Source: Eledone cirrhosa
Lineage: Eukaryota
Direction: 5' to 3'
Assembly: GCA_964016885.1 (NCBI GenBank)
Contig: OZ024748.1
Coordinates: 434,001-498,000, forward strand
Length of the DNA: 64,000 bases
The translations under genes were made by a program, and so were the position numbers. Under the pieces are notes generated by a model that saw only the letters and a list, made by a program, of their open reading frames with translations, had not been told where the DNA came from and ran no database searches. Positions 30,901 to 44,444 of this stretch are shown piece by piece (position 1 is the first letter of the stretch; the number at the start of each line of letters is the position of its first letter).

Positions 30901-33665
30901 CCCTATGCGATTTATCCAAGTCCACATTGGCACATTCGGGAAATCCAATCGGTACCTGTCAGACAGTTCAAAACGCCTGAGCAGGTTGGTGAGGCTCTTG
31001 CACCCTCCTCCCCTATCCGCTAATCCCACACAGTCCCAGCGTGCATCTAAGACGCGTTCCAGTCGCCCACTAACACTAAAGAGCGGGACGTTCCAAGAAA
31101 GGTCTCCAGACGCCGGAAGAAATCAGGCCGCCCTACTCCTGTCTGGGCATAGACGGCCACTAGCCTGAAAGCTTGCCCGTCTCCGCTGGTCACGTCCAGC
31201 ACCACCAACTTACCTTCTGGGTCCAGGAAGATGGCCCGTATGGCGAGATCCAAACCTCTCCGAAAAAGCACAGCAACTCCTCCCCCCGATCCAGGACTGC
31301 TGGGAGATGCGTACACATCGTAGCCGCCGAAGATCGGTGCGAAGGTCCGTGCTTCGGAGATTCTGGTCTCGCTGATGGCCACTACATCTATGTTTAGTGA
31401 CCTGAGGTCGTTGAGCAGGTTGCTCTGCTTTCATGACGACCCCAAGCCACGCGCATTTATGCTGCCTATTCTGAGTGAGGTCATGTTGAAATGGAGTGGA
31501 AAAGATGGGAAAGACCACTTACCTTACTTCTCGTAGAGGAAGGATGGTTTCTCCATCCTTTTCACTGCTTGTGGCCTCCTCCGGAAGGATGTCCTTATAA
31601 ATCCTCCTGGAGAGTGCTTGTCGGAAGTCTCCGATGTCTTTGGGGATTTTTGTTTTAGTGTCATGTACGTTTTCTGTGTGATGCGAGTGATTTGTATGTG
31701 TGGAGGTGGTGTGAACTTTTGGGTTGTTGTGTAGTCTTTTTCTGTGATGCTGGTGTTGTGTTGGATGTAGTGTAATAATTGGTTGTTGTTCAAATTTAAT
31801 GCTGTGTAGTGTGTATCGTTTTGATTGTTTTGTTTTGTTTGCGTTTGTTGTGGGTTTGTTTCTGTTTCGCTTTTTGGTGACTTTGGTGGTGTTGGTGATG
31901 GTGGTGTTGGGGTTAATGATGGTGATGGTGTTGGTGTTTGTGGTGATGGGGTTGGTGATGCTGGTGTAGATGGTAGTATAGCTGTCCTAGCTTTTTTGTT
32001 TGATAGTTTATTTGTTTCCCTCTGTATTTTGTTTTTGGAGGGGGAGGGAAGAGAATTTTTTTCTTTTTTGGTTTCTTTTTCTTTTTTTCTTTTTTCTTGA
32101 TACCGTTTCCCACTCCTCGTTGTCACAATCTGTCTCCAGTTGCGATAGGTCGGGGAGTGGAAAATCCTCCACAGGCGTTGGTTTTGGTTGTGGCGTGGTG
32201 GATGGTGTAGGCGCTGGTGTTAGTTCTGGCGCGTTGGGTGGTGGTGATGTTGGTTTTGCTACTGTTGCTGGGGTTGTTGCTGTTACAGTTGCTTCTGTTG
32301 CTGCTGCTACAGTTGTTGCTGCCATTTCTGCTGCTGGTGGTGTTGATGGTTGAGTCACTGGGGTGGGTAAGAGAGGTGGCCTCAACCTTTTAGCCTGAGG
32401 GCAGAAAGCCCTTAGGTGGGTTCCTTCACCATAAACGACACACCTAGGCCTTCTGCCCTCGACGATTACGGTGAGGTGGCTGCTGTCAGTGAGGTCTATT
32501 ACCTCTGGGATCTCCTCAATGCTTTTTTGGTCCGCTTGGATCAGGAGCTCCATCCCAGATCCGGACCAGTTCCCCTGCTTTTCTTTCGCTATTTCGATTA
32601 TCTTGGTGTTGGCTTCGATGCCGGCGAGGACGGCAGCCATTAGCCAGGGAATTTCGATGGCCGGTGGAACGTGGGTCACCCTGATCTTCACGAGTTTCTG
32701 GTCACAATAGCTTGGGACGAGTGTGAACTCGTCACTTCTTAATGGGGCCATGGAGTGTTCTCTGGCCTCCTGTGGTGTTTCAAAGAACACGTCCACGGTT
32801 CCATATTTCTGCCCACGTCTGATGTGGGGGTTTTTTGCCCACACATGTTCCAAAGCTTTTTGGATTTGGGACTCGGATGCCCGTTCCACTCGGCGCGATT
32901 TTATGTTAATCGTCCGATAAGACACGGTGCATAGGCGCCGATGCTCCATTTTATTAGGGGGGTGGTGAGGTGAGGCTGACCCTGTACCCATTTTTCTTTA
33001 CCATTTTTTTTGCTTCTTCTAATTCCTCCTGAGTTACCTGGAATGCTTCGCACGTTTTTGCTACTCTGGCAAAACTCAGGGTAGTTTTCTTAATTTCATT
33101 GTTGCTGTTGTTGTTATCGTTATTTTTGTTATTGTTAATTTTAGTTTCAGTTGTGGTGGTGGCGTCAGTGGTGTTCGGTGTGGAAGAGTTAATTTGGGTT
33201 GAATACATTTCGATATCACGAGTTAATTTATTTTTTTCTTTTGTTTCTGTTGTCGCTGTGGTGGTGGTGGGGGTGGCGGCTTTAACACCTGCAATCATTT
33301 GTAATGGCGGGAAATGAATGTCTGGCTGAGACAAATTTAAAATATTGCTACTGCTTATATTTTTAGTGTTGGCAAACGTAGTAATATTTACAATGGTTGT
33401 GTCGGTGTGAGGTGTTAGTTTGTGAGGAAGGTGTGACTTTGAGTCGTCCATGATTTTTTAAAGAAAAATTTTTGTTTGATAACTATAAAAGTTTAAATTT
33501 TGGGCTCAAGGCCCCAATCTTTTTGGGTGTCCTTTTCAGATAACAATGTATGTGCACTTATATACAGTAAACAATAAAAACTTTTCCATAAATGCCAATT
33601 TTAAACAACTGAAAATAACAAACCTTTGCGGAGCTCACGATAATACGATTTACTACGTAGGTCGC
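27897..33665 (-). mobile_element. Near full-length, frameshifted Tx1/L1-clade LINE
   Basis: ORF1 pieces 33451-31524 (SFARVA, degenerate zinc knuckle RRPRC..THLRAFCP). ORF2 from ATG 31484: APE (SINARGL, AISETR, LVGDWN, SYLDRVF, TDHK), RT (KSPGLDGL, NFRPITLLN, LDQSKVFDRVDH, VRQGCPLS, AYADDV), CCHC (CLRC..ETVLHALVQC), stop at 28181. (TTA)n tail. Confidence 0.9.
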
Positions 33666-33666
33666 C

Positions 33667-33697
<31 letters not shown>

Positions 33698-33845
33698 TTT
33701 CTACTTTTGGCACAAAGCCAGCAATTACCCCAATGCGTGACTGGTACTTTATTTTATCGACTCTGCAAGGATGAAAGGCAAAGCTACTCTCAGCGGGATT
33801 TGAAATCAGAACGCAAAGGGATGTAACTAAATGCCACAACTCGTG
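33666..33845 (-). mobile_element. tRNA-derived SINE with (TTA)n tail
   Basis: SINE body; its tail abuts the 5' end of the LINE. Confidence 0.72.
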
Positions 33846-33880
33846 ATTACAATATATATATGTGTGTGTGTGTGTGTATG

Positions 33881-33914
<34 letters not shown>

Positions 33915-33950
33915 TGTATGTATGTATGTATGTATGTATGTATGCATGTA

Positions 33951-33995
<45 letters not shown>

Positions 33996-34347
33996 TTATA
34001 TATATATATATTGTTATTTTCACCATGTGGAAACGTAGGTATGAATAAAACCAACCTCCAGATGAAGAACAGATGATGAACAGATGATGAACAGATAAAT
34101 AAACAAATATAAACAAACAAACTAACATATCAAAATACGTTTTTTTTTTTTTTAATCTTCAAAAAATGCTAATAATAAAAATCATATAAAAATCATGAAA
34201 AATTAAAAAAAAAACAACATTATCATATTTTATGACAAACAGAGTAATCGAACTCCCCAGACCTTTTCACTTCTAGAATTGTACCTGCCAACCAATTGGC
34301 TTGTATCCTAGCTTGGCTAGCTTAGATACAGATATTTATGGCAGATG

Positions 34348-34622
34348 TCATGTCTTGATGAACGGGAGTCCTCTGTAGTATGAAAGATCCAGACTAAGAG
34401 GTCTGCAAACTTTCTTCAGCAGCCATTCCTCCATGCAGTCCAGAGCTAAAGGTTGTTGGTTCACGTAGAATTTGTTGGCAAACAAATGTTTCTTTTCTGT
34501 CAAATACAAAATGTCACCAATTCCAAATACGCAGATGTTCCGTACCCATCGACCGAAACATGGGTCACCTTTCTCTCGCCATCCAGCGTATGTAGCTAAC
34601 CACGGTTTCGTGTTAGGGTCTC
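34348..34622 (-). CDS. GCNT1: GCNT-family terminal coding exon (not in ORF track)
   Basis: Acceptor CTATCCAG|GA at 34623|34622; phase 1 matches the upstream donor (G+GA=Gly). Hand translation: GDPNTKPWLATYAGWREKGDPCFGRWVRNICVFGIGDILYLTEKKHLFANKFYVNQQPLALDCMEEWLLKKVCRPLSLDLSYYRGLPFIKT*. Contains the GCNT C-terminal CxGxxVRxxCxFGxGD and LFANKF motifs. Spliced product 456 aa. Confidence 0.92.
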
Positions 34623-35139
34623 CTGGATAGATGGGGGAAGAAGTAGAAGAAGAAAAATGATTTTATGGTTTTTTAGAAGAACATCAAATAAAAAATAAAA
34701 CAAAAGACAAAACATATAGTAAAACAAAATGAAAAAGATAAACATAAGAATTTTAAACATGCGACGGATTCGTCTCCTTACCAGGAAGAAGGGATGGGGT
34801 TATGATTTTAGTGGCTTAACACCACATGAAACAAGCCATGTCACCGACATTTATATAGTAAGAAAAAGTTATGAAAGACTATTACGTAATGGAGTTATAG
34901 TCACTGCAGATTATTGTATAGAAACGACGTAAAACAACAACTGTAGCCTAATGACGTCCGTCATCCTCATACCATTAATTGATGTAGTTCGGTGGTTATT
35001 TTGCTCCGGAGGGTGGATTGGGTCTGGTGAATGAGGTCGAATGTAAAAGTATGGATTAAGTTTGCTTCAACTTGCGAAGGCTTTGGTTTGACCTGAGTAT
35101 ATCCTCGTTCAAACTGGTTTGATCTGGGTATATTTACGT

Positions 35140-35530
35140 TCAAGTTATAAGATATAATTGTAAGCTAGAGTTATAAGCTATACCTATAGGCTACCTATTG
35201 TTATAAGCTATAATTATAAGCTAGAGTTATAAGCTGTACCTATAAGCTAGAGTTATAAACTAGAGTTACAAGCTCTCGTTATAAGCTATAGTTAAACGCT
35301 ATTGTTAAAATAAACTATATTTATGAGCTAGGGTTCTAAGCTATAGTTTTAAGCTCTCGTTATAAGCTATAATTATCAGCTCTCGTTATAACCTAGTTTT
35401 AAGATCTCCTTATAAGCTATAGTTATAAGCTCTCCTTATAAGCTATAGTTCAACGCTATTGTTATAAATAAACTATATTTATGAGCTAGAGTTCTAAGCT
35501 ATATAGCTATAAACTAGAGTTGTCAGCTAC
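35140..35530. repeat. Degenerate 13-bp minisatellite (TTATAAGCTATAG)
   Basis: Repeated TTATAAGCTA core. Confidence 0.8.
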
Positions 35531-36205
35531 GTATAGTTAAACTGGACAAATGAATTAACACGAAACGATAGGACGAGGAGTGAATATATCTGTAGTTAGG
35601 ATATTATAATATTCGATATCGGAAACAGATGGAGTATGATTAACGAGGAATACAGGAAGTTAGATAGGTATTCCACAATTAAGATAATTATTGTAAAATA
35701 GTTTTTTTGCCTGATTACAAAGACATGATTGAGTAGAGATTAGGAGAGGAAAGAAAATGGTAAGAAATTTCTAGAAATACATGAAGTTAAGTGGAGGGAT
35801 GTTTTTCCTCTTTCAGAGGCCAACCGTTTGTTGTTGTTATTGTTGTTGTTGTTGATGTTGTTGATGTTGTTGTTGTTGTAGTTGTTGTAGTTGTTGTGGT
35901 TGATGTTGTAGCGATTGTGTTGTTGTTGTTGCTGCTGCTGCAGTTTCTCGTAATGTTGTTGCTGCAGTTGCTATTATTGTTGTTGTTGTTCTCGTTATTG
36001 TTGTGGGTAATGTTGCTCTAGTTGTTGTTATTGTTATTGCCAGTGTTGTTGTTTTTTTGTTGTTGTTGTTGATGTTATTGTTGCTGTTGCTGCTGCAGTT
36101 GCTGTTATTGTTGTTGTGCCTGTGGTTGTTACCGTTGATGATGTGGTTGTTGTTGTTGTGCCTGTAGTTACCTCCAGCTTAGCAGAGTTCAAGCAGAAAC
36201 CTTAT

Positions 36206-36403
36206 CAGACCTGTCACCCCTCCCCGTCCGACGGGGAGATCTCCCACCCACTTTGGGGTGGGTGAGAGAGGTCTTCTCTTGTGAAAATTGGTACAGCTTT
36301 TATTATGTAAAATCTCCCCATTTTGCCTCATTTACCCCCGCTTTGGGGCACTTTTTATCATGGTACTCCCCGTTTGGGTTTTTAGAGGTTGGTTGGAGTG
36401 TCT
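36206..36403 (+). mobile_element. ~200-bp MITE-like element, copy 1
   Basis: CAGACCTGTCA..CCCCGTCCGACGGGGAGATCT; reverse-complement relative at 54538-54744. Confidence 0.55.
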
Positions 36404-36704
36404 GCTGCATCAAAGCTGGCCAAAGGCTAATCAACAACAACAACAATAAGGATCGTGTTACGGTGCTCCTACTATGGTGTTACAGTAGTGTTACGATGGT
36501 CTTACGGTGGTGTTAGGGGGTTGTTTATAACGTCAGATCAGCCATCTTGGATATTGCCGTGATTTTCTAATAATAGGAAATATGGTTTCCTAAATAATGG
36601 ATGGATGTCGGAAGATTGAGACATGAACATGTTGGATGTATGGCAGGAGCTGATGTAGGATGCGTGTGTGTGTGTATAGGAATGTATAAACACACACACA
36701 CACA

Positions 36705-36741
<37 letters not shown>

Positions 36742-36744
36742 CTA

Positions 36745-36795
<51 letters not shown>

Positions 36796-36798
36796 ACA

Positions 36799-36866
<68 letters not shown>

Positions 36867-36877
36867 TGTGTGTGTAT

Positions 36878-37125
36878 GATGCCTTGGTACTATCACCACC
36901 ATTGGAGGCCTACATTCCACATCTGGCCTTGATATTATTACCAGCATTGGAGGCCTACATTTCACACCTGGCCTTGGGCTTATTAACAGCATTGGAGGCC
37001 TACATTTCACATCTGACCTTGGGGATATTACCAGCATTGGGGGCCTACATTTCACACCTGGCCTTGGTACTATTATCAGCATTGGAGGCCTACATTTCAC
37101 ATCTGACCTTGGGCATATTACCAGT
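36878..37125. repeat. 45-bp minisatellite, ~5.5 copies
   Basis: Unit CAGCATTGGAGGCCTACATTTCACA(C/T)CTG(G/A)CCTTGG..TATTA. Confidence 0.92.
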
Positions 37126-37342
37126 GTAGCAAGGACCTAGTTGTGCTAATCGACTTCGCATTTATATTGTGTGTGCGTCTGTGTATGTCTGTGCGTCAGT
37201 CTGTGTGTGTGCGTCTGTGTGTGCGTCAGTGTGTGTGTGTGAGGTAACCGATAAGATCAATAATGTAGATGAAGGCGGGGGGGGGCTGGTGAAAGATTTA
37301 TATAGAAGAATAATGATAATGAAGAGAGAAGGGGAAATTAAG

Positions 37343-37385
<43 letters not shown>

Positions 37386-37544
37386 GTGTTGTAGTAAAAT
37401 AATGAAGAGAAAGTAAAAAAGATGGAATAAGTATGACTACTCTTACTACTACTACTAATACTTCTACCACTACTGCCACTATTACTAGTGTACTCGAAAC
37501 CCTGTTACATGACAAAAATAACAGCTGGACATCGTTAATAGATT

Positions 37545-38175
37545 TCTACCATCAACACTACCACTACCATCACTACTACCACCACAGCCACTATCACTAC
37601 TATTACGACCAATACCACTACCACCATCACGACTACCACCACCACTACTATTACTACCATCACTACCACCCCCACCATTACTGGTACAACCACCACCACC
37701 ACTACCACCACCATCACTACTACTATCACTACCACCACCATCCCCACCACCACCACCATCACCACCACCACTACCATCACCATCACCACTACCACTACCA
37801 CCACCATCACCACCACTATCATCACCACCACCATCACCACCAGCTCCACCACCACCACCACCACCACCATCACCACCACCACTACTACCACCATCACCAC
37901 TACCACCACCATCACTACTACCACCACTACCACCACCACCAACATCACCACCATCACTACCACCACCACCACCACCACTACCACCACCATCACCACGACC
38001 ACCATCACCACCACCACTACCACCACCATCACTACTACCACCACCAACATCACCACCACAATTACCACCACCATCACCACTACTACCACCACCACCACTA
38101 CCACCACCATCACCTCCACCACCACCAGCACCACCGCCACCACCACCACCACCACCACCACCACCACCACTACCA

Positions 38176-38178
<3 letters not shown>
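37545..38178. repeat. (CAC/CAT/TAC)n array
   Basis: Seen directly. Confidence 0.95.
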
Positions 38179-38224
<46 letters not shown>

Positions 38225-38497
38225 TATATATAAATATATATATATATCGATCTTATAGAGAAGAAAGAGTGGGAGAGGGAGAGGGGGAGAGGGAATGAAA
38301 GAAAGAAAGAGAGGAGGGAGACTGGGAAGAGAGATCGATATATATATATCCTCTTCAAAATATAAACCAATTATTTTTCAATAATAAAAGAAAATATTCC
38401 AAATTTTCTGCTGAAGTCAAAAAACTTTTCTGGGTTTTTTCCTCTTTTTTTTCTTCATTTGTTTCAGATATTTATTTATTCTTTTTCTTTCTTTTAC

Positions 38498-38543
<46 letters not shown>

Positions 38544-38554
38544 ATAGTTGTTAT

Positions 38555-38644
<90 letters not shown>

Positions 38645-38789
38645 CATATTTTAGTCCAGAATTAGCCGTCGAAACGGCTTGAGCTCAGCCGTCGGGGTCC
38701 TACTCGTTCCTATTACCCACTCTACTACCCCAAGTATTGAGTACTTTGGTGCGTTATGGTCCACCTGGTTCCTTACCACATTTCCTCCG

Positions 38790-38822
<33 letters not shown>

Positions 38823-38952
38823 GAAGGCAGCGAATTTTTCAGTGGCTTAGAATCTAGCCCCGCTCGATTTTTTCGCTTTTTTCCATCCACTGAATTATTG
38901 TTATATAAGCTTCCAGTGTCCCTGCATTGCCTGGTGGCTTAGCTGAGAATAG

Positions 38953-39031
38953 ACTCCCTGATGACGTAAGGCTTCTCTACAGGTATTACATAACTGTATT
39001 TATCCCCTTACAGAAACTAATTAGTTGGAGT
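38953..39031 (+). ncRNA. Type I hammerhead ribozyme, family K
   Basis: ACTCC-CTGATGA-CGTAAGG..CCTTACA-GAAA-CTAATTAG-TT-GGAGT, inside a ~260-bp unit flanked by (TA)n. Confidence 0.75.
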
Positions 39032-39078
39032 GAAATTTTAGTAAGTAAGTCAATTTTCATAACTTTCTTATTTACGTC

Positions 39079-39125
<47 letters not shown>

Positions 39126-39328
39126 TATAGATATGTGTGTGTATTCATTTAAAAGGTAAACAGAAATAACAACACAATCGATACAGTATATGGAAGGAAT
39201 ATATTAGGTTAACGCTTGGTATAGCAGGAAGAGGGTCTTAACGTTTGACGCTAGTCCTTCATCAGAAGATAGAATGAGAAATAAGAAAGATTGAAGAGAC
39301 GGGTGGGTGCGGAATCGGAAATACACAC

Positions 39329-39462
<134 letters not shown>

Positions 39463-39732
39463 CGAAGGAAATGTGGTAAGGAACCAGGTGGACCATAACG
39501 CACCAAAGTACTCAATACTTGGGGTAGTAGAGTGGGTAATAGGAACCAGTAAGACCCCGACGGCTGAGCTCAAGCCGTTTCGACGGCTAATTCCGTCGAA
39601 ACGGCTTGAGCTCAGCCGTCGGGGTCTTACTGGTTCCTATATATATATATATATATCTATATATATATATATATATTTCGTTTGTGAATTTGTTTAGCAA
39701 GATTCTTTCTCTGAAATCGTGTGTTGAAACCG

Positions 39733-40297
39733 ATATTGTTATACTTTGGGAGGGTCATGTTGCCAATAAGAAAATAGAATCTACACACAGAAAAGACGCA
39801 ATGTTTAGACAAATCGCAGAGGCAATAAACATAAAAGAATTACAACCAAAATTAAATAGAAAATATGAGTGGAACAGCAACATCACAACTTACAATTAAG
39901 GACAAAATAAAAACACACACACACATAGAACAAACAACCAACCGGTAACATGTAAATAAACAAATAAATAAACAAATATAAACACACACAGACACCCGGA
40001 TGTGGCGCATGCGCAGACTGGGCACACAACACACACACAGAAACAAAATGGCGTAGGACAGAACAAAGGAGAGGCACAAAAACAAAGAAAAGAATCCCCA
40101 GTCCCTGATGAGGTCACAGAATGTGTGACGAAAGAACTTTGACAATATATAAACAACTATCTGGTTGTGGAACCAACCAACCAACCAGAAATTTATAAAT
40201 TTATAAATTCCTAAATTTATAAATTTCTTATAATAAATTGAAGTGAAAGAAACTGGTGCGTGTGTTTCTTATTGGCAACATGACCCTCCCAAAGTAT

Positions 40298-40305
<8 letters not shown>
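39733..40305 (+). mobile_element. PLE 3' end (GIY-YIG C-terminus, 3' UTR, family M HHR) with short 5' inversion
   Basis: Coding tail RQIAEAINIKELQPKLNRKYEWNS (stop 39899). HHR at 40101-40143. 39733-39770 is the reverse complement of ~40266-40305. Ends in (TA)n. Confidence 0.78.
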
Positions 40306-40341
<36 letters not shown>

Positions 40342-40510
40342 TTAATATAGATGAGATTCTACAGGACTAGAACTGTTTCATTCTTTAGAAATCATATGAA
40401 ACAGTTCTAGTCCTGTAGAATCTCATCTATACTAAAACTTTTATACTCTGCAATGTATTGAGTACCTTACTTACTGTGGTTACCTCCGATTCAACCCGGA
40501 ATAAAGTACC

Positions 40511-40564
<54 letters not shown>

Positions 40565-40568
<4 letters not shown>

Positions 40569-40770
40569 GTCCATAGAAAATGTAGGGAAACTCAGACACA
40601 AAAATAGCTGTTGTCAAAATATACAGCTGGTTGCTATAAATAGCTGAGAAGATCGGGTAAAGGCCCCTTGTGGACGGGAAAATATGGGGCCAACGGTCGC
40701 TATGGAGATCGAACCCCCTATCTCTCAGATACCGACTGACTACTCTAACCACTGAACTAAACAGTGGACA
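40565..40770 (-). mobile_element. tRNA-headed short element abutting (TA)n
   Basis: Minus strand: A-box TAGTTCAGTGGTTAGAG, B-box GGTTCGATCTCC. No intact acceptor stem. Confidence 0.55.
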
Positions 40771-41272
40771 CTGAGATCTATCACTGTCTAGATTAAGAGA
40801 TATATCAACAACAACAACATCGTCAACAATATCACCAACAACAACATCAACATCAACAACAACAACAGCAACAACAACATCAACATTATCAGCAACAACA
40901 TCAACAACAGCAACAACAACAACAACAGCAACAGCAACAGCAACAACAGCAACAGCAACAACACCAACACCAACAACAACAACAACAACGGCGGCGGCGG
41001 CGGCAACAACAATGTGTTTTCCGCCATTTTTCTGTGAAGTCATTTCATTGCTATGAGGTAACTGTCATTAACGCCTCATTAACCTGGTTTCATAACTTAA
41101 TGAAGGCCGAGGGTGTTAATTAATCTAAATAATTAATTATCAATCCAAGTGTATCGTTTGTTGTTTGTATCCCGCTTTAGGAGTTGCGTCTTATCCGTGG
41201 CGTAAATAAACGAACTGTTGGACTTAACGACAGACGTGTACTAAATAGAATCTCTTCATATATATATTTAGA

Positions 41273-41426
<154 letters not shown>

Positions 41427-41512
41427 GTAAAAGGTAAACAGAAATAACAACACAATCGGTACAGTATATGAAAGGATATATTAGGTTAATGCTTGATATA
41501 GCAGGAAGAGGG

Positions 41513-41548
41513 TCTTAACGTTTCGGACGCTAGTCCTTCATCAGAAGA
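41513..41548 (-). ncRNA. Minimal hammerhead (PLE-type), family L
   Basis: TCTT-CTGATGA-AGGAC(TAGC)GTCC-GAAACGTT-AAGA; palindromic ACGT in place of stem III. Copies at 39236-39269 (-, damaged) and 42305-42340 (+). Confidence 0.78.
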
Positions 41549-41686
<138 letters not shown>

Positions 41687-41699
41687 ATATGTATATATA

Positions 41700-42089
41700 T
41701 ATATAATATATAAGATCAAAAGATGGTTAAAAGAGTTCCATGTATTTTATTATGCGCATTTCAAAAACAAATATCATCATGCAATAAGATTTGTGTTTTC
41801 ATCAGATAAAATAGGAAGACATGATATGAAGGTTAAAAAAACACTTGTGAATAGTGCAGTTTTAAATCAACATATATGTTGATTTAAAACTTCCTATTTT
41901 ATCTGATGAAAACACAAATATTATTGCATGATGATATTTGTTTTTGAAATGCGCATAATAAAATACATGGAACTCTTTTAACCATCTTTTGATCTTATAT
42001 ATTATGTATACTCCAGTCCTACAAACTGTAGAGTGCTTCTTATCCGATATCTGCATTGCTTTATTGTACTACAATAAAACTCACCTCCT

Positions 42090-42090
<1 letters not shown>
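41700..42090. mobile_element. Family I fold-back with intact HHR cores on both strands
   Basis: HHR at 41743-41813 (-) and 41895-41965 (+), both CTGATGA..GAAA-TGCGCA-TA. Confidence 0.8.
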
Positions 42091-42158
<68 letters not shown>

Positions 42159-42370
42159 AATGAAAATAAAATTAATGTATGCAAAATGCCAACAATATAT
42201 ATATATATATATGTCGACATGAATGGACCTGTTATTTTTATCTAAAGATACTTTTTCCAATTCCACCCCACCTGTCCCTTCAATCTATCTAATTTCTCAT
42301 TCTTTCTTCTGATGAAGGACTAGCGTCCGAAATGTTAAGACCCTCTTCCTGCTATTTCAAGCATTAACCT

Positions 42371-42753
42371 TTAGAATAAGTGGTATTAGTAAACATATTT
42401 GTGTTACAATTGTATGAAGAATAAGAATAGCAGTGTGTGTTTATACTGGTTTACTTCATAGAAGTGAATAATGAAACGTACATATATTTTACCATTCATG
42501 GTGAGGAGGCTGGAGTCTCCTTAGGCTGTTGGTGAGTTGAGGATTTGCTCTGCATTCTGGCGTGTTGTTAAGGAGACTGCTGCGAAACGTCAAAGAGCGA
42601 GAGTTGATCTTTCAGCCTCTTACTTATAGTGGCCAAGAGGACGTAACTCCTTTTACCTCCTGTAGGCGACAACAGGGGTCACTACCGTCACAAAGGGACG
42701 CAACTCTTATTTTAGTTCTGATGGTCTCCCCGCAAGGGGGTGGGAGCGCTACA
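42371..42753 (-). mobile_element. Candidate solo LTR inserted in a family L element
   Basis: 383-bp insert that splits sequence contiguous in the 41425-41550 copy. 5-bp duplication AACCT (42366-70 and 42754-58). Minus strand starts TGTAG; the other end is imperfect. Confidence 0.55.
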
Positions 42754-42836
42754 AACCTAATATATCCCTTCCATATACTGCACCGATTGTGTTGTTATTT
42801 CTGTTTATCTTTTACATACATATATCTATCTATCAA

Positions 42837-42870
<34 letters not shown>

Positions 42871-43321
42871 TATGTGTGTGTGTGCGTGCGCGCGCGTGTG
42901 TGTTCATTAGGCCTGTCTGTATGTATATATATATATGTATATATATATACATATATATATGCATATATACATATATACATAGATATACATGTATAAATGT
43001 ATATATGTGTGTGCATATACATACATACATACATACACACATATATATATACATGTATGTATACCAATTTGCATAGGCCTATTCACTCCCTCATCCCATC
43101 CCCCCTCTCCTCCCTTCCTCTCTATCCCACCCACACTCTCTCACTACCCCACCCGAGGAGTTCTGTGTGTGAAATGTGTAAATAAAATATTGGGAGTAGT
43201 TTAAAGTGTGAAATGTGTAAAACACAGCTATTGATTTTACTTTTAATTAAAACAAATAATATCGATTTGTTGTTGATTTCCTGAATAAGTTAACAATGGA
43301 ACACCACTAATGATGTGTTTG

Positions 43322-43372
<51 letters not shown>

Positions 43373-43433
43373 CTGGCAGGAGGTTGTATATTTTGTCGTT
43401 CCTGGGACGTTTAGCCCTAGGATGGGAAAATGC

Positions 43434-43512
43434 TTCTCTGATGAGCTTTGGTTTTCCATCATGAATCCATCGGATTTATGAGGTTTTACAAAGCGAAACT
43501 GATCAGTAAGGG
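43434..43512 (+). ncRNA. Type I hammerhead ribozyme, family N
   Basis: TTCT-CTGATGA-GCTTTG..CAAAGC-GAAA-CTGATCAG-TA-AGGG; extended stem II; unit flanked by (TA)n. Confidence 0.75.
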
Positions 43513-43594
43513 CCACTAGAAGAGGTAAATATTTATATTATATTTTTTTAATGTATTTTGAAAAATTGATTGAATTTTACTTGTTCTGCTTATC

Positions 43595-43656
<62 letters not shown>

Positions 43657-43676
43657 TTGGTGCTCTGAAATAGCGA

Positions 43677-44090
43677 TATATATATATATATGAATGTATA
43701 TATAGTGTATTTTGCAATACACTGTATGCTTAATTAAAAGCATTTCGAAGACCTTACCCTATTGTTTTAGAGTAGTGACAGTCTCACTTACTTTAAATTT
43801 TCAGCAAACAGGGGAGATAAAGCTGACAGAGCTCTGTTTCGTACTGATTGGTACTTATCAAAGCCAAGTACTTCAGCTGTTTGCTGATAAGTACCTGGCT
43901 TTGATAAGTACCAATCAGTACGAAACAGAGCTGTGTCAGCTTTATCTCCCCTGTTTGCTGAAACTTTAAAGTAAGTGAGACTGTCACTACTCTAAAACAA
44001 TAGGGTAAGGTCTTCGAAATGCTTTTAATTAAGCATACAGTGTATTTCAAAATACACTATATATACATTCATATATATATATATATATAT
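43677..44090. repeat. ~410-bp near-perfect palindrome in (TA)n
   Basis: Mirror ORFs 43712..43969(+) and 43793..44050(-) place the centre at ~43881. Confidence 0.92.
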
Positions 44091-44444
44091 TTCCGTCAAC
44101 AACTTACTGGCGAAACAGATCACTTTGGATTTGTACGTGTGTTATATAGTTATAGAGGTATTTATTTACGCTTTAATTTATATTTTTAATTATCGTGTCT
44201 ATATTCTGCCTTTCATAGGTTATAGATTCCATACACTGGGGGTTTTCCCTGTTTTATTGATGGCGCACTGTATCTTTCTATGATGTGTTACCTTTTCAAA
44301 ATATCGTATTTTAAAGTGCCCAGGATTTCCTCTCCTTTGAGCACATTATTTACAGTGAGCGGCGAGAGTGTTAAAGGGAACATTGGTAGGCTTTTGAAAT
44401 AGATAGTATCAACGACAACAACAACATTGATGACAATAACAACA

